A stretch of DNA of 64,000 nucleotides from Candidatus Cloacimonadales bacterium (lineage in GTDB: Bacteria; Cloacimonadota; Cloacimonadia; Cloacimonadales; JAIOQZ01). The notes below the pieces were generated by a model. The model was not told the DNA's origin. It ran no database searches and worked only from the letters and a program-made list of their open reading frames with translations. Positions 50,286 to 58,796 of this stretch are shown in pieces. The translations under genes and the position numbers were made by a program. The stretch lies in contig CAXXTU010000002.1 in assembly GCA_963662655.2 (NCBI GenBank), positions 1,696,001-1,760,000 of the forward strand. The letters run 5' to 3'. The stretch's first letter is position 1. The number at the start of each line of letters is the position of its first letter.

Positions 50286-50915
50286 ATGAAACATGACATC
50301 GAAGATGTAGTTATTCGTGGAGAGATGGTAGAACTCAAACCTATCCGGGATCGTCATTTCAAGCAGTTCACACAGTGGTATGAGAAAAAGCGCATCCGAA
50401 GGCACCTACTGCGCGACGACCTGCCCGGATTGAGAAACAGCCTGAGGCGCTTTTTGATCAATTACAGGCTCCGACCCATCATACAATCGATCTACCAGTA
50501 CTGGCTGGACAACGGTATCGGCTTCATGATCAAAGTGAGGGACGAGAACATCGGAACGATCTGCGCTTGGGAGATTCAGCCGGGCATCTTCCGGCTGCAA
50601 GTGATGATCGGGCGAAGAAAGCACTGGGGGCAGAAGTTCGGCACCGAAGCGATCCATATCCTCACCCAGTATCTCTTCACCGCACATTCAACCAAAGCGG
50701 TAATATGCGCCGATATCCATCCCCTGAACAAACGCTGCACAAAAGCATTCGCAAACTGCGGATTCTCCCTTTGTAACGATGAGCAGTCGGACGCGTACCG
50801 CGAGATGACCAGGTATCCAAAACACCTGATCAACTACCCCCTCACGGATTCCGGCAAGGAAAGACTTCAAACCTACGAACTCACAGAAGCAATGTGGAAC
50901 GACATCAGAAAGTGA
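50286..50915 (+). CDS. RimJ/RimL-type GNAT protein
   Basis: MIGRRKHWGQKFGTEA, HPLNKRCTKAFANCGF. Confidence 0.75.
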   Translation: MKHDIEDVVIRGEMVELKPIRDRHFKQFTQWYEKKRIRRHLLRDDLPGLRNSLRRFLINYRLRPIIQSIYQYWLDNGIGFMIKVRDENIGTICAWEIQPGIFRLQVMIGRRKHWGQKFGTEAIHILTQYLFTAHSTKAVICADIHPLNKRCTKAFANCGFSLCNDEQSDAYREMTRYPKHLINYPLTDSGKERLQTYELTEAMWNDIRK

Positions 50916-50920
50916 AAGCC

Positions 50921-51673
50921 ATGAAGAACCTCTTGGAATACTCGACCATCTTGATTGTTCTAACCGCGTTGCTCACGGTAGCAGGATGCCAACCGAAAAA
51001 CGCGCCTGCCGTAGCCGAAACGGTAAAAGTCGATTCAACAGCCGTTAAATCGCTGGTGATGCACCTACCGTTCGATGGCTCGATCAGTGACTCAAGCATG
51101 TACCGCCAGATTGTGAGCGGCCACAACATCCAGTTCTGCACGGATCGGTTCGGCAATGCGAATTCCGCAATCGATCTGAACGGAAAATCATCCTGGCTCG
51201 ATATCGAATCGGACTCGCGCCTCGATTTCCACGACAAGCAGAGCTTTTCGGTTACGTGCTGGGTGAAAGTGGATCGCTTCACCATCGACTGGAGCATCTT
51301 GCGCAAGAAGGGAAACCCGGTGCAATACTTCTTCGGGTTCGAGGACGATCGCGTGGCCTTCGGCCTGGACAGCGACGAATCGACAACCTACTCGCAAACC
51401 ACACTTTTCCCGGATACCTGGTACTTCGTGGCAGGTGTTTACAACGCTGAGGACATGCAGCTTTCGATCTACATCAACTCGCTACTGGATTCCCGGATTC
51501 AGGTGCTTAGCCTGTTCAAGAGCAAGCCCGGAGACCTCGAGACCGGACGGACATCCACCAGAAAGCACGTCTATTATCTTGATGGAGCGCTGGACGAACT
51601 GAGGGTATATAATCGTCCTCTCAGCGATGAAGAACTGCAGGAACTCTATCACGCAAAAGGATGGAACCTCTGA
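50921..51673 (+). CDS. LamG-like jellyroll lipoprotein
   Basis: Lipobox VAGC; DRFGNANSAI, FSVTCWVK, WYFVAGVY, GALDELRVYNRPLS. Confidence 0.88.
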   Translation: MKNLLEYSTILIVLTALLTVAGCQPKNAPAVAETVKVDSTAVKSLVMHLPFDGSISDSSMYRQIVSGHNIQFCTDRFGNANSAIDLNGKSSWLDIESDSRLDFHDKQSFSVTCWVKVDRFTIDWSILRKKGNPVQYFFGFEDDRVAFGLDSDESTTYSQTTLFPDTWYFVAGVYNAEDMQLSIYINSLLDSRIQVLSLFKSKPGDLETGRTSTRKHVYYLDGALDELRVYNRPLSDEELQELYHAKGWNL

Positions 51674-52010
51674 TCCAACCTGCATCAAGAACGAACAATG
51701 CACATATACCATTTCGGCTTTGGCGCTACATCAATCAGAGAGATAGAGAATACAAAAAGGGTTCATCAGGCGGAAAATCGTATTACATTGATTAAACATT
51801 CCAACAGATAGCGTCACCATTTGTTCGAAACGACATTCAAGATAAAGCAATAGATTGAATAATAATAATTGTGAAAGATTGGAATTTGCGCATGGCTATA
51901 TTTCCAAAGAAATTTTCCCGGAAATACAGCCACTATTACAAGTTGTTATCAGTCAGTTCAATTATTGAGAGATACAGCGTAACACGTTATGATTAAAGAG
52001 GCTCTACCCT

Positions 52011-52493
52011 TTAGTCATCAAGAAACGCAATACTCAGTGCGCTTTCGACAGTTGCAGTTCCAGATTTGATCATCTTGATGATCTCTTGAACTTTCTTATT
52101 GTAACCTTCGCGCAATTTGATGTTCATCGAAATTTGATCCACCAGCTTGTTCTGTGTTTCAGTAAGGCGAATCAGTATCGCTCTCATATCGGCTTCCATT
52201 TCCTCGTCATTCTCATAGGTGATTTTCTGAGGTTCGCGGACAGCGCCGTAATAAAGAGGGCGATCAGCAAGCTCTTTCGGGAAGTCGACAAACATGTCGC
52301 CCTTATCGGAGTACAACCAGTTGAGGTTGATTTTGAAACGGGCCATAAGGTTTGCCGTCGTTTCTGCTCTCGGACTGCTATGATCAGACTCAATTTTTGA
52401 TAGTGCTGCTGAGCTGATATCCAGTTCTTTTGCGAATTCGGCCTGGGTCATGCCGATGGCATGTCGGATAGCCTTGAATTTTTTTCCGAACAT
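52011..52493 (-). CDS. XRE-family HTH regulator (cI-like N-terminus, coiled-coil C-terminus)
   Basis: MTQAEFAKELDISSAALSKIE...INLNWL; AAGGAGG RBS. Confidence 0.85.
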   Translation of the reverse strand: MFGKKFKAIRHAIGMTQAEFAKELDISSAALSKIESDHSSPRAETTANLMARFKINLNWLYSDKGDMFVDFPKELADRPLYYGAVREPQKITYENDEEMEADMRAILIRLTETQNKLVDQISMNIKLREGYNKKVQEIIKMIKSGTATVESALSIAFLDD

Positions 52494-52528
52494 AGTACCT
52501 CCTTGACGTTATATATCTCTAGCACGAG

Positions 52529-52765
52529 CTAATGTTTATTTGGGGGCGATTTCTCGTCAAGAAATATACTGCCTTTACCGCTGATGAACCAGTTCAAATT
52601 CACATTCAGCTTCGTTAATAGATTCGCGTGAACACTTGCGCTTGGGGAATTTATGTTTGCCTCAAGCTTGGATATCGCCGCCCCAGATACCCCCAATATT
52701 TTCGCCAATTCTTTCTGTTTAAGCCCAGTTAAATTTCTGATAGTTTTCAACCGCTCGCCGTACAT
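52529..52765 (-). CDS. XRE-family HTH regulator (paralog of 52011-52493)
   Basis: LKQKELAKILGVSGAAISKLE...VNLNWF; AAGGAGG RBS. Confidence 0.85.
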   Translation of the reverse strand: MYGERLKTIRNLTGLKQKELAKILGVSGAAISKLEANINSPSASVHANLLTKLNVNLNWFISGKGSIFLDEKSPPNKH

Positions 52766-52781
52766 GACGTACCTCCTTCGC

Positions 52782-52885
52782 GTTAACTTAAGTTAACTAA
52801 AAGCTTGACAAATTACTCATATTCCTGCATTATTTGCTTCAAATACAGCCAGTGTTAATTATACTTAAACTCGTTTAAGTGTCAA
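52782..52885. promoter_or_regulatory. Face-to-face promoters with palindromic operators
   Basis: Minus strand: TTGACA(52885-52880)-N16-TATAAT. Plus strand: TTGACA(52805)-N17-CATTAT. Palindromes GTTAACTTAAGTTAAC (52782-52797) and ACTTAAAC-TC-GTTTAAGT (52863-52880). Confidence 0.75.
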
Positions 52886-52906
52886 ACAAAATTTCGGAGG
52901 TATAGT

Positions 52907-53134
52907 ATGGTACAGATTTTATCAGGAAAGCAAGTACGGTTGAAACGCATCGAGCACGACCTGTCCATGAATGAATTGGCAAGGCGTCTGAACGTAACGC
53001 CGACATGGATGTCGCTTGTGGAAAACGGCAAACAGTGCGGTGAACCGGTTCGATCGAAGGCGACCGTATATTTCCAGCAAATCGAGATGGAAAGCCTACG
53101 TAACCAGATTAATCAGAATAACAACGAACAATAA
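52907..53134 (+). CDS. Cro-like HTH protein
   Basis: LSMNELARRLNVTPTWMSLVENG; GGAGG RBS; divergent from the XRE pair. Confidence 0.8.
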   Translation: MVQILSGKQVRLKRIEHDLSMNELARRLNVTPTWMSLVENGKQCGEPVRSKATVYFQQIEMESLRNQINQNNNEQ

Positions 53135-53200
53135 TCCATGATCTGGCTGTATTCAGGAATGGATGAAGGCATATTTGGGGATGTGAAATTCAATTGAAGG

Positions 53201-53629
53201 ATGAAGAAAATGACAGAAAGGCAATGGATGTATCAGATAAGAGAACGGATCAACAGATTCAAGTCGATCCCCGGCGTTAGGATACCGATTTACGAGTCGC
53301 ATGCCGGCGTTGATTTTGGAAGATACCTTGGGATCATCAGAGAAGACGGGCTTTGGAGAAGCATCGATGTCGACTTCTCCCGAAGCGATTACTCTCCTCT
53401 GGCAGAAGAGCGCTCGGAGATAGCTCAGCACGTCGTACAGAGCGTTCAGGAGATCGAGGAGCTGTTGAATATCATCGAGCGCCTCTATACGGAAAACCAG
53501 ATACTGAAGGGGAAATTGCGTTTCCTGTATGGGGAGATGCACAACATCTGTCAGAATCGAACCGTGATCAAAGAGGATATCGAGGAATACAGCTTCTCTC
53601 CAAGGCTTGGCATTCAGCCTTCGTTCTGA
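53201..53629 (+). CDS. Hypothetical protein with coiled-coil C-terminus
   Basis: 142-aa ORF following the cro-like gene and ending before a terminator. Confidence 0.55.
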   Translation: MKKMTERQWMYQIRERINRFKSIPGVRIPIYESHAGVDFGRYLGIIREDGLWRSIDVDFSRSDYSPLAEERSEIAQHVVQSVQEIEELLNIIERLYTENQILKGKLRFLYGEMHNICQNRTVIKEDIEEYSFSPRLGIQPSF

Positions 53630-53636
53630 TGCAAGG

Positions 53637-53666
53637 AAGCGTCCGGGATCTATCCGGACGCTTTTT
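53637..53666 (+). terminator. Intrinsic terminator between convergent genes
   Basis: AAGCGTCCGG-N7-CCGGACGCTT followed by TTT. Confidence 0.8.
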
Positions 53667-53675
53667 GAATAGGAC

Positions 53676-55619
53676 CTATTCTTCCGGTTTGATATTCACT
53701 TTGAAACTGAAAACGGAACCCTTTCCGGGCTGGCTATTCACTGAAATCATTCCACCCATCAACTCCACAAGTCTTGCACAGATCGTTAGACCAAGCCCTG
53801 TTCCGCGGTAACGGCGAGTCGTGGATTTCGATAGCTGCTCGAACGCCGCGAAGATTTTCTCCCGGTCCATCTCGCTAATGCCGATACCGCTATCCTCGAT
53901 CTTCACGTCAAGCCATCCGTCCTCGTAATCGCACTTCATCAAGACAAAGCCCGAGCTCGTGAATTTTATCGCATTGCTCAAAAGATTCCAAATAACCTGG
54001 CTTATCCTTCCATCGTCGCCGACAGCGATCTCGGGAACGTTTCTGGAGATGTACAGATCGTACTCGATACCCTTGGCCTGGGCAATCTCCTTGTGCATAT
54101 CAAATACCGAGCGAAGCAATCGCGGAAGGTTGATAATATGCTTCTCGATGTGCAGCGTATGCGTCTCGATTTTAGAAAAATCGAGAATCGTGTTCACGAT
54201 GTTCATCAGCTGCTTTCCGGAAGAATTGATCGCCTCCAGCTTCTCACGCTTCTCATGGTTTTCTTCTTCTGCGAGCAAGATTTCGGCGAATCCGATAACC
54301 GCGTTCAAAGGCGTCTGTATCTCATGACTCACGTTGGTGAGAAACTCGTTCTTGCTTCGATTGGCCGCTTCGGATGTTATGATTGCATCCTGCAACTGTA
54401 CAACCGTATCCTTGTGGCTTTTAATCTCACGAGAGAGGGCCATCGTGCGCTTCTCGACAATTGATTCGAGGTCGTCGTTGATATCGATGATGGCCTTCTC
54501 CTTTTCATCGATCTGCCGCTGCATGAACAAGATGTTGTTGGAGATTTTCGTCAGCTCGTCCTTTTCTGTAAGATCGAGCTTCTCTTCCCGGCTTCCACTC
54601 GCAATACGGTTCAGCGCATGGTTGATCACGGTGATCCTGTCGATTATATTCTTGCCGATATAGCCAGATACGATGAAGTACGTAATGACGATGGAAAGCA
54701 TGGCGATGACGATGGAAATGATCAGGATCATCCGCTGATGAACGTGAATGGAAGAGAAATCGAAGACGATCTTGATCCACAGGTCGTCTTCCGGCACGGA
54801 GGATTTCACCACGCGAAACGCTGAAGGATAATAGCTTTCAACGAATCCATTGTTCTCTATGGTGAACGGGCGCTTGTTTTTCACCATTTCGTAAATCTCA
54901 TCGCTCATCTGCGTCTCTTCGCGGATCAGCGACCACTGTCCAACGGGATTGACCGAATAGATGTCGAGCTCGATAATAAAGGAGCTGTTATCGGCAACCT
55001 CCTGGAACAAATCGCCGGACAGGTAGCCGCCCAACGCTTCGGAGAAATACATGCTTATATACTCTTGCAAACTGATGGAAACTTCGATAATGATGTCGGA
55101 ATCGATGGGGCTGTAATAAGCGTATTTCTTGATCGTGCCTGTTTTACTCGATATCGAAATTCGTTCTGTCTGCACAATCCCCTGATTCAAGATTTCCTGC
55201 AAGAAGCGATTGAAGGTCTTGGATATTTTACGAAGATTGAAATTCAAGTCGGGCTCGAATGTCGTGTTGAAAATCAGACCGTCCTGATCGATCAGATAGA
55301 GGTCGTTAAAACCGTACTTGTTCAGGAGAGCCTTCATGTCCCGTTGCGAAAGGTTATTCAAATCGTTCTTTGAAGCCAGTAATTCGGTAGCCAATCCCGG
55401 GAGCTCTTGTTCAATCTTCAGATCCATCCGCTTCTCAATCTCGAACATCAGCATGTCATATTCATTCAATCTGGATGCGATTGACCGGTGCGTGTCATTG
55501 ATGATCGAATCTTTCAATAATCCCGAGTAGTAGAACGAAGCCAGATAGATGCAGCCACTAACCAGAATGATTGAAGATGCAATGATAATGAGGAAGTAGC
55601 GCGTCAGCTTTTTTTTCAT
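53676..55619 (-). CDS. Membrane sensor histidine kinase (periplasmic sensor, HAMP, HisKA, HATPase)
   Basis: Two TM helices; SHEIQTPLN, NLLSNAIKFT, DSGIGI, GTGLGL, GKGSVF. Confidence 0.93.
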   Translation of the reverse strand: MKKKLTRYFLIIIASSIILVSGCIYLASFYYSGLLKDSIINDTHRSIASRLNEYDMLMFEIEKRMDLKIEQELPGLATELLASKNDLNNLSQRDMKALLNKYGFNDLYLIDQDGLIFNTTFEPDLNFNLRKISKTFNRFLQEILNQGIVQTERISISSKTGTIKKYAYYSPIDSDIIIEVSISLQEYISMYFSEALGGYLSGDLFQEVADNSSFIIELDIYSVNPVGQWSLIREETQMSDEIYEMVKNKRPFTIENNGFVESYYPSAFRVVKSSVPEDDLWIKIVFDFSSIHVHQRMILIISIVIAMLSIVITYFIVSGYIGKNIIDRITVINHALNRIASGSREEKLDLTEKDELTKISNNILFMQRQIDEKEKAIIDINDDLESIVEKRTMALSREIKSHKDTVVQLQDAIITSEAANRSKNEFLTNVSHEIQTPLNAVIGFAEILLAEEENHEKREKLEAINSSGKQLMNIVNTILDFSKIETHTLHIEKHIINLPRLLRSVFDMHKEIAQAKGIEYDLYISRNVPEIAVGDDGRISQVIWNLLSNAIKFTSSGFVLMKCDYEDGWLDVKIEDSGIGISEMDREKIFAAFEQLSKSTTRRYRGTGLGLTICARLVELMGGMISVNSQPGKGSVFSFKVNIKPEE

Positions 55620-55645
55620 AAGATGTTTTTCCGCGAAACAGGCAA

Positions 55646-55885
55646 TTACATGTAGTATTTTTTCTTTCTGCGGTGCCCCTTTTTACCGCCTTTCCGCATC
55701 TTAATTTCCCGTTTTTTGTCTTTTGTAATTCTTGCGATAATCAGGCCAATAACAGGCGTCAGAACTAACGATAGAATGAAACCGGTCCCGAATCTGTTCC
55801 CACGTTGGTAATTATAGTACGCCACGACTAAACACAATGCAAAGTAAACAAGAAAAACGAGTACGCTAATGAATCCCATGCTCAT
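55646..55885 (-). CDS. Small membrane protein with basic tail
   Basis: Two TM segments (GFILSLVLTPVIGLII); GGAG RBS. Confidence 0.65.
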   Translation of the reverse strand: MSMGFISVLVFLVYFALCLVVAYYNYQRGNRFGTGFILSLVLTPVIGLIIARITKDKKREIKMRKGGKKGHRRKKKYYM

Positions 55886-56047
55886 TATAAGAACTCCATC
55901 CGGATAAAAAGTCAGAATTTATTAATAAGCTAAAACTAAATGAAGAAATAGCAAAAAATAAAGCTCGCTCATTTTGTGAAGATGGCCATGTCCATGAAAA
56001 TGAAGGCTCCACGCCTAGCGCGAACCGTCAGAAGTGCGAAGGTTCCG

Positions 56048-56929
56048 TTATTTTCTTGTTACCGTGTATCCGCGATCCTGAAGCATCTTGACCAGACCAC
56101 GCTCTCCAAACATGTGCCCGACTCCAATAACAACGAAGTATTTGTTAGCGGAAGAGAGGAATCGCGACATTTTCTCAATCATCGCGGGGTGACGATCGTA
56201 GATGATTGCATCGTATAGCGGCTTCATCTCCTCAGAATTGACTTCACTCAAGAACATCTCTTTGATAACTTTGTCATCGCCGCGTTTCCAGGCATCCGTT
56301 ATCTTTGAAATGTTCTGATAAATCTCTGTTTGGGTTGTCATAGCATCCACCAGCTGAAGCTCTTGAAGGGAATCGGGGAAGGAATTGAACAGGTTGAGCT
56401 GGTAGATCAAGCCTTCCAGCTCGATGATCCCTTTTCCTTCCCTGCGTGCCTTGTTCATGAAGTATAGATCGATGCCGTGCTCTCCCGTAAAACCTGCCTT
56501 CGCGATCTCGCTCATTTGAATGGTCATCGAAACGAGCCAGGGTTTGTAAACCTGTATGGAGGCCAGGTTCATGCCGTACTCGGTGAGCCTATCGCTCAGC
56601 AGCTTGATCGTACCATTCGAGAGGTGATCCTTGATCGATTCACCGTATGGGTAAGATGCGAGCTTGATCATCTCCTGCTGGATGCTTCCCTGGTTTTGCG
56701 TATCGAGATCCGCTTCCACCACCAGGCTGTCGCATCCTTCAAAGGCTTGTTCGATCTTGGGTTGCAATGGATAGAAATCCTTGTTCGCCACGTGAATGGA
56801 TCCGAGAAGGTACATCGTTGTCGTTTCGGATTTGACTTCCCAAAGAAATCCGGTCGATTGTCCAAACAGCGACGGGATTATCGTTATTAAGGCAAGGAAC
56901 GTTAGCGCTTTAAGAGATTTATTTCTCAT
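56048..56929 (-). CDS. TraB/GumN family protein
   Basis: FLWEV, YLLGSIH, GIDLYF, LE..YQL, VIGVGHM.GERG. Confidence 0.9.
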   Translation of the reverse strand: MRNKSLKALTFLALITIIPSLFGQSTGFLWEVKSETTTMYLLGSIHVANKDFYPLQPKIEQAFEGCDSLVVEADLDTQNQGSIQQEMIKLASYPYGESIKDHLSNGTIKLLSDRLTEYGMNLASIQVYKPWLVSMTIQMSEIAKAGFTGEHGIDLYFMNKARREGKGIIELEGLIYQLNLFNSFPDSLQELQLVDAMTTQTEIYQNISKITDAWKRGDDKVIKEMFLSEVNSEEMKPLYDAIIYDRHPAMIEKMSRFLSSANKYFVVIGVGHMFGERGLVKMLQDRGYTVTRK

Positions 56930-57118
56930 GGTTTCCTCCAACTGCAAGTTACTTGTTCGCAAGATAGCATGATAGCGAGTTTTGTCAATCTCGCTTTTGG
57001 GGATATCATCCCAATTCTTTTTTTCTGGACGGAAATTTCATTTTGCGTAATTTTTACAATATACTCAGAATTCATAGATTGGAACCGGCATCAGAATGCT
57101 TTACCACATGGAGGAACA

Positions 57119-58033
57119 ATGCGTCTAATCACCCGTTCGGATTTCGATGGACTCGTCTGCGCAGCCTTGCTGGAAGAATTAAACATTATTGATGAAATTC
57201 TTTATACCCATCCAAAGGATATTCAAGACGGCAAAGTTCCCGTCACTCAAAACGACATTCTTGCAAATGTTCCGTACAGCAGCGGATGCGGTATATGGTT
57301 CGATCACCACCTCAGCGAACACGAAAGGCAGCAGCTCGATTTCGAATTTGATGGCGCAAGCGAAAACAAGCCCAGTTGCGCACGTGTGATATTCGAATAT
57401 TACCATCCGAAGTTTGGAAATCAGCTCGAGCGTTTTCGCGAGATCATCGACGCGGTGGACATTGCAGACAGCGGTCGTTACACCAAAGAGGACATCATCG
57501 ATCCGCAGGGTTGGATGATGCTGGCTTTCATCGCGGATCCCCGTACCGGATTCGGTTATCAGCGAACCTTCCGCATCAGTAATTTCGAGCTGATGAAGTC
57601 GCTTCCCTCAAGATTACGCAACCAGACGATCGAAGAGATACTCGGCTCACCGGATTTCATGGAGAGGATCGACACATACCGAGAGCAGATCGAAGAATAC
57701 AAGAAATTCATCCAAGAACACGGCAGGGCCGAAGGAGACGCGATCATTCTTGATTTCAGGGGCATTCACGATATTCCGACCGGCAATCGATTTATCGAAT
57801 ACGTCTTGTTCCCGGAGCAAAACATCTCCGTGCGGATGGTCGATTCGCGCGATCGCCATCGCGTAATGATATCCGTAGGCCACAGCACGATCAATCGTAC
57901 ATCGAAAGTGAATGTAGGATCCATGCTGCTTCAGTTTGGCGGAGGGGGACATTTCCGGGTTGGGACATGCCAGGTGATGGCAGGAGAGGCTGGAATTGTT
58001 CTGAACCGAATATTACACGACATCAACAAATAA
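57119..58033 (+). CDS. DHH-family phosphoesterase (nanoRNase/exopolyphosphatase-related)
   Basis: RLITRSDFDGLVCA, FDHH, GGGGH; GGAGG RBS. Confidence 0.88.
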   Translation: MRLITRSDFDGLVCAALLEELNIIDEILYTHPKDIQDGKVPVTQNDILANVPYSSGCGIWFDHHLSEHERQQLDFEFDGASENKPSCARVIFEYYHPKFGNQLERFREIIDAVDIADSGRYTKEDIIDPQGWMMLAFIADPRTGFGYQRTFRISNFELMKSLPSRLRNQTIEEILGSPDFMERIDTYREQIEEYKKFIQEHGRAEGDAIILDFRGIHDIPTGNRFIEYVLFPEQNISVRMVDSRDRHRVMISVGHSTINRTSKVNVGSMLLQFGGGGHFRVGTCQVMAGEAGIVLNRILHDINK

Positions 58034-58044
58034 TGGGGTAATTT

Positions 58045-58386
58045 ATGGAAAGAATTATTGCTCGATGCGGGTTATTTTGTGACGAGTGCGGCGCATACAA
58101 GGCGACACTCGCGGATGACAATGAGCTCAGGGCTCAAGTCTCGCAGGAGTGGTCGAAGATGTACGGCGTCGACATCAAGCCGGAGAATATCCATTGTCTT
58201 TCGTGCCAGGATGAAAGGGTGCTTTTTCACCATTGTACCGTCTGCGAAATGAGAAAGTGCGCAGTCGAGAGAAATCTCGCCAATTGCGGACTTTGCGCCG
58301 ACTACCCTTGCGAGATCATTGCGAAGTTCTTCGAGTTTGTTCCTGATTGTAAAACCGTTCTGGACAAGATTCACTCGGAGCGATAG
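58045..58386 (+). CDS. DUF3795 family Cys-rich protein
   Basis: IARCGLFCDEC, CLSC, CEMRKC, CGLCADYPC. Confidence 0.85.
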   Translation: MERIIARCGLFCDECGAYKATLADDNELRAQVSQEWSKMYGVDIKPENIHCLSCQDERVLFHHCTVCEMRKCAVERNLANCGLCADYPCEIIAKFFEFVPDCKTVLDKIHSER

Positions 58387-58404
58387 AAGAAAAAGTTTTT
58401 TTTG

Positions 58405-58434
58405 ACACCGGACACCTGTCCGGTGTTTTTTTTT
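58405..58434 (+). terminator. Intrinsic terminator
   Basis: ACACCGGACA-CC-TGTCCGGTGT followed by a T tract. Confidence 0.85.
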
Positions 58435-58465
58435 GCTGCAAACTCAAGTCTGCTGGCTAGCTCCT

Positions 58466-58646
58466 GCGGCGGGACGGCGCCCGAAACCATTCATCCAGCG
58501 CACATTCGCAAGAATTGGAGGGTCTGCGGATGCATGGGAATGTGCGCTGGATTTCATAAGGGTTTCGGTAAAAGCATTGGGAAGCTGTTTTTCGCCAACA
58601 GCTTCCCAATGCTTTTGTGCGCGAAGCGCACGCGCCGTCCCGCCGC
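58466..58646. other. Intergenic four-way-junction structured element (candidate ncRNA or ssDNA element)
   Basis: Perfect 15-bp outer stem enclosing three arms of 8+15 bp, 20 bp and 6 bp. Confidence 0.7.
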
Positions 58647-58796
58647 GCGGATGGTGCACAACGCAAGGATTGGGACTCGCTGATTTCTCACCTTGGGGCA
58701 CACCAGGGAGAGTCCGAACAATTTTTATTGACAACGATCTTTAAGTAATCGATAAATCATGTCATAAGGGAAAAAGTAAAAAATGAGGATAAAGAC

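Noticed and set aside
37628..53629. One continuous prophage from the terminase to the cI/cro-like genes
   Set aside because: The intervening 11 kb encodes lipoproteins, flavodoxin and CBM48/GNAT/LamG proteins. No integrase, att repeats or structural genes were seen.
58402..58744. Short ORFs across the four-way-junction region
   Set aside because: Several overlapping ORFs on both strands with no RBS or motifs; better explained by GC-rich palindromic sequence.
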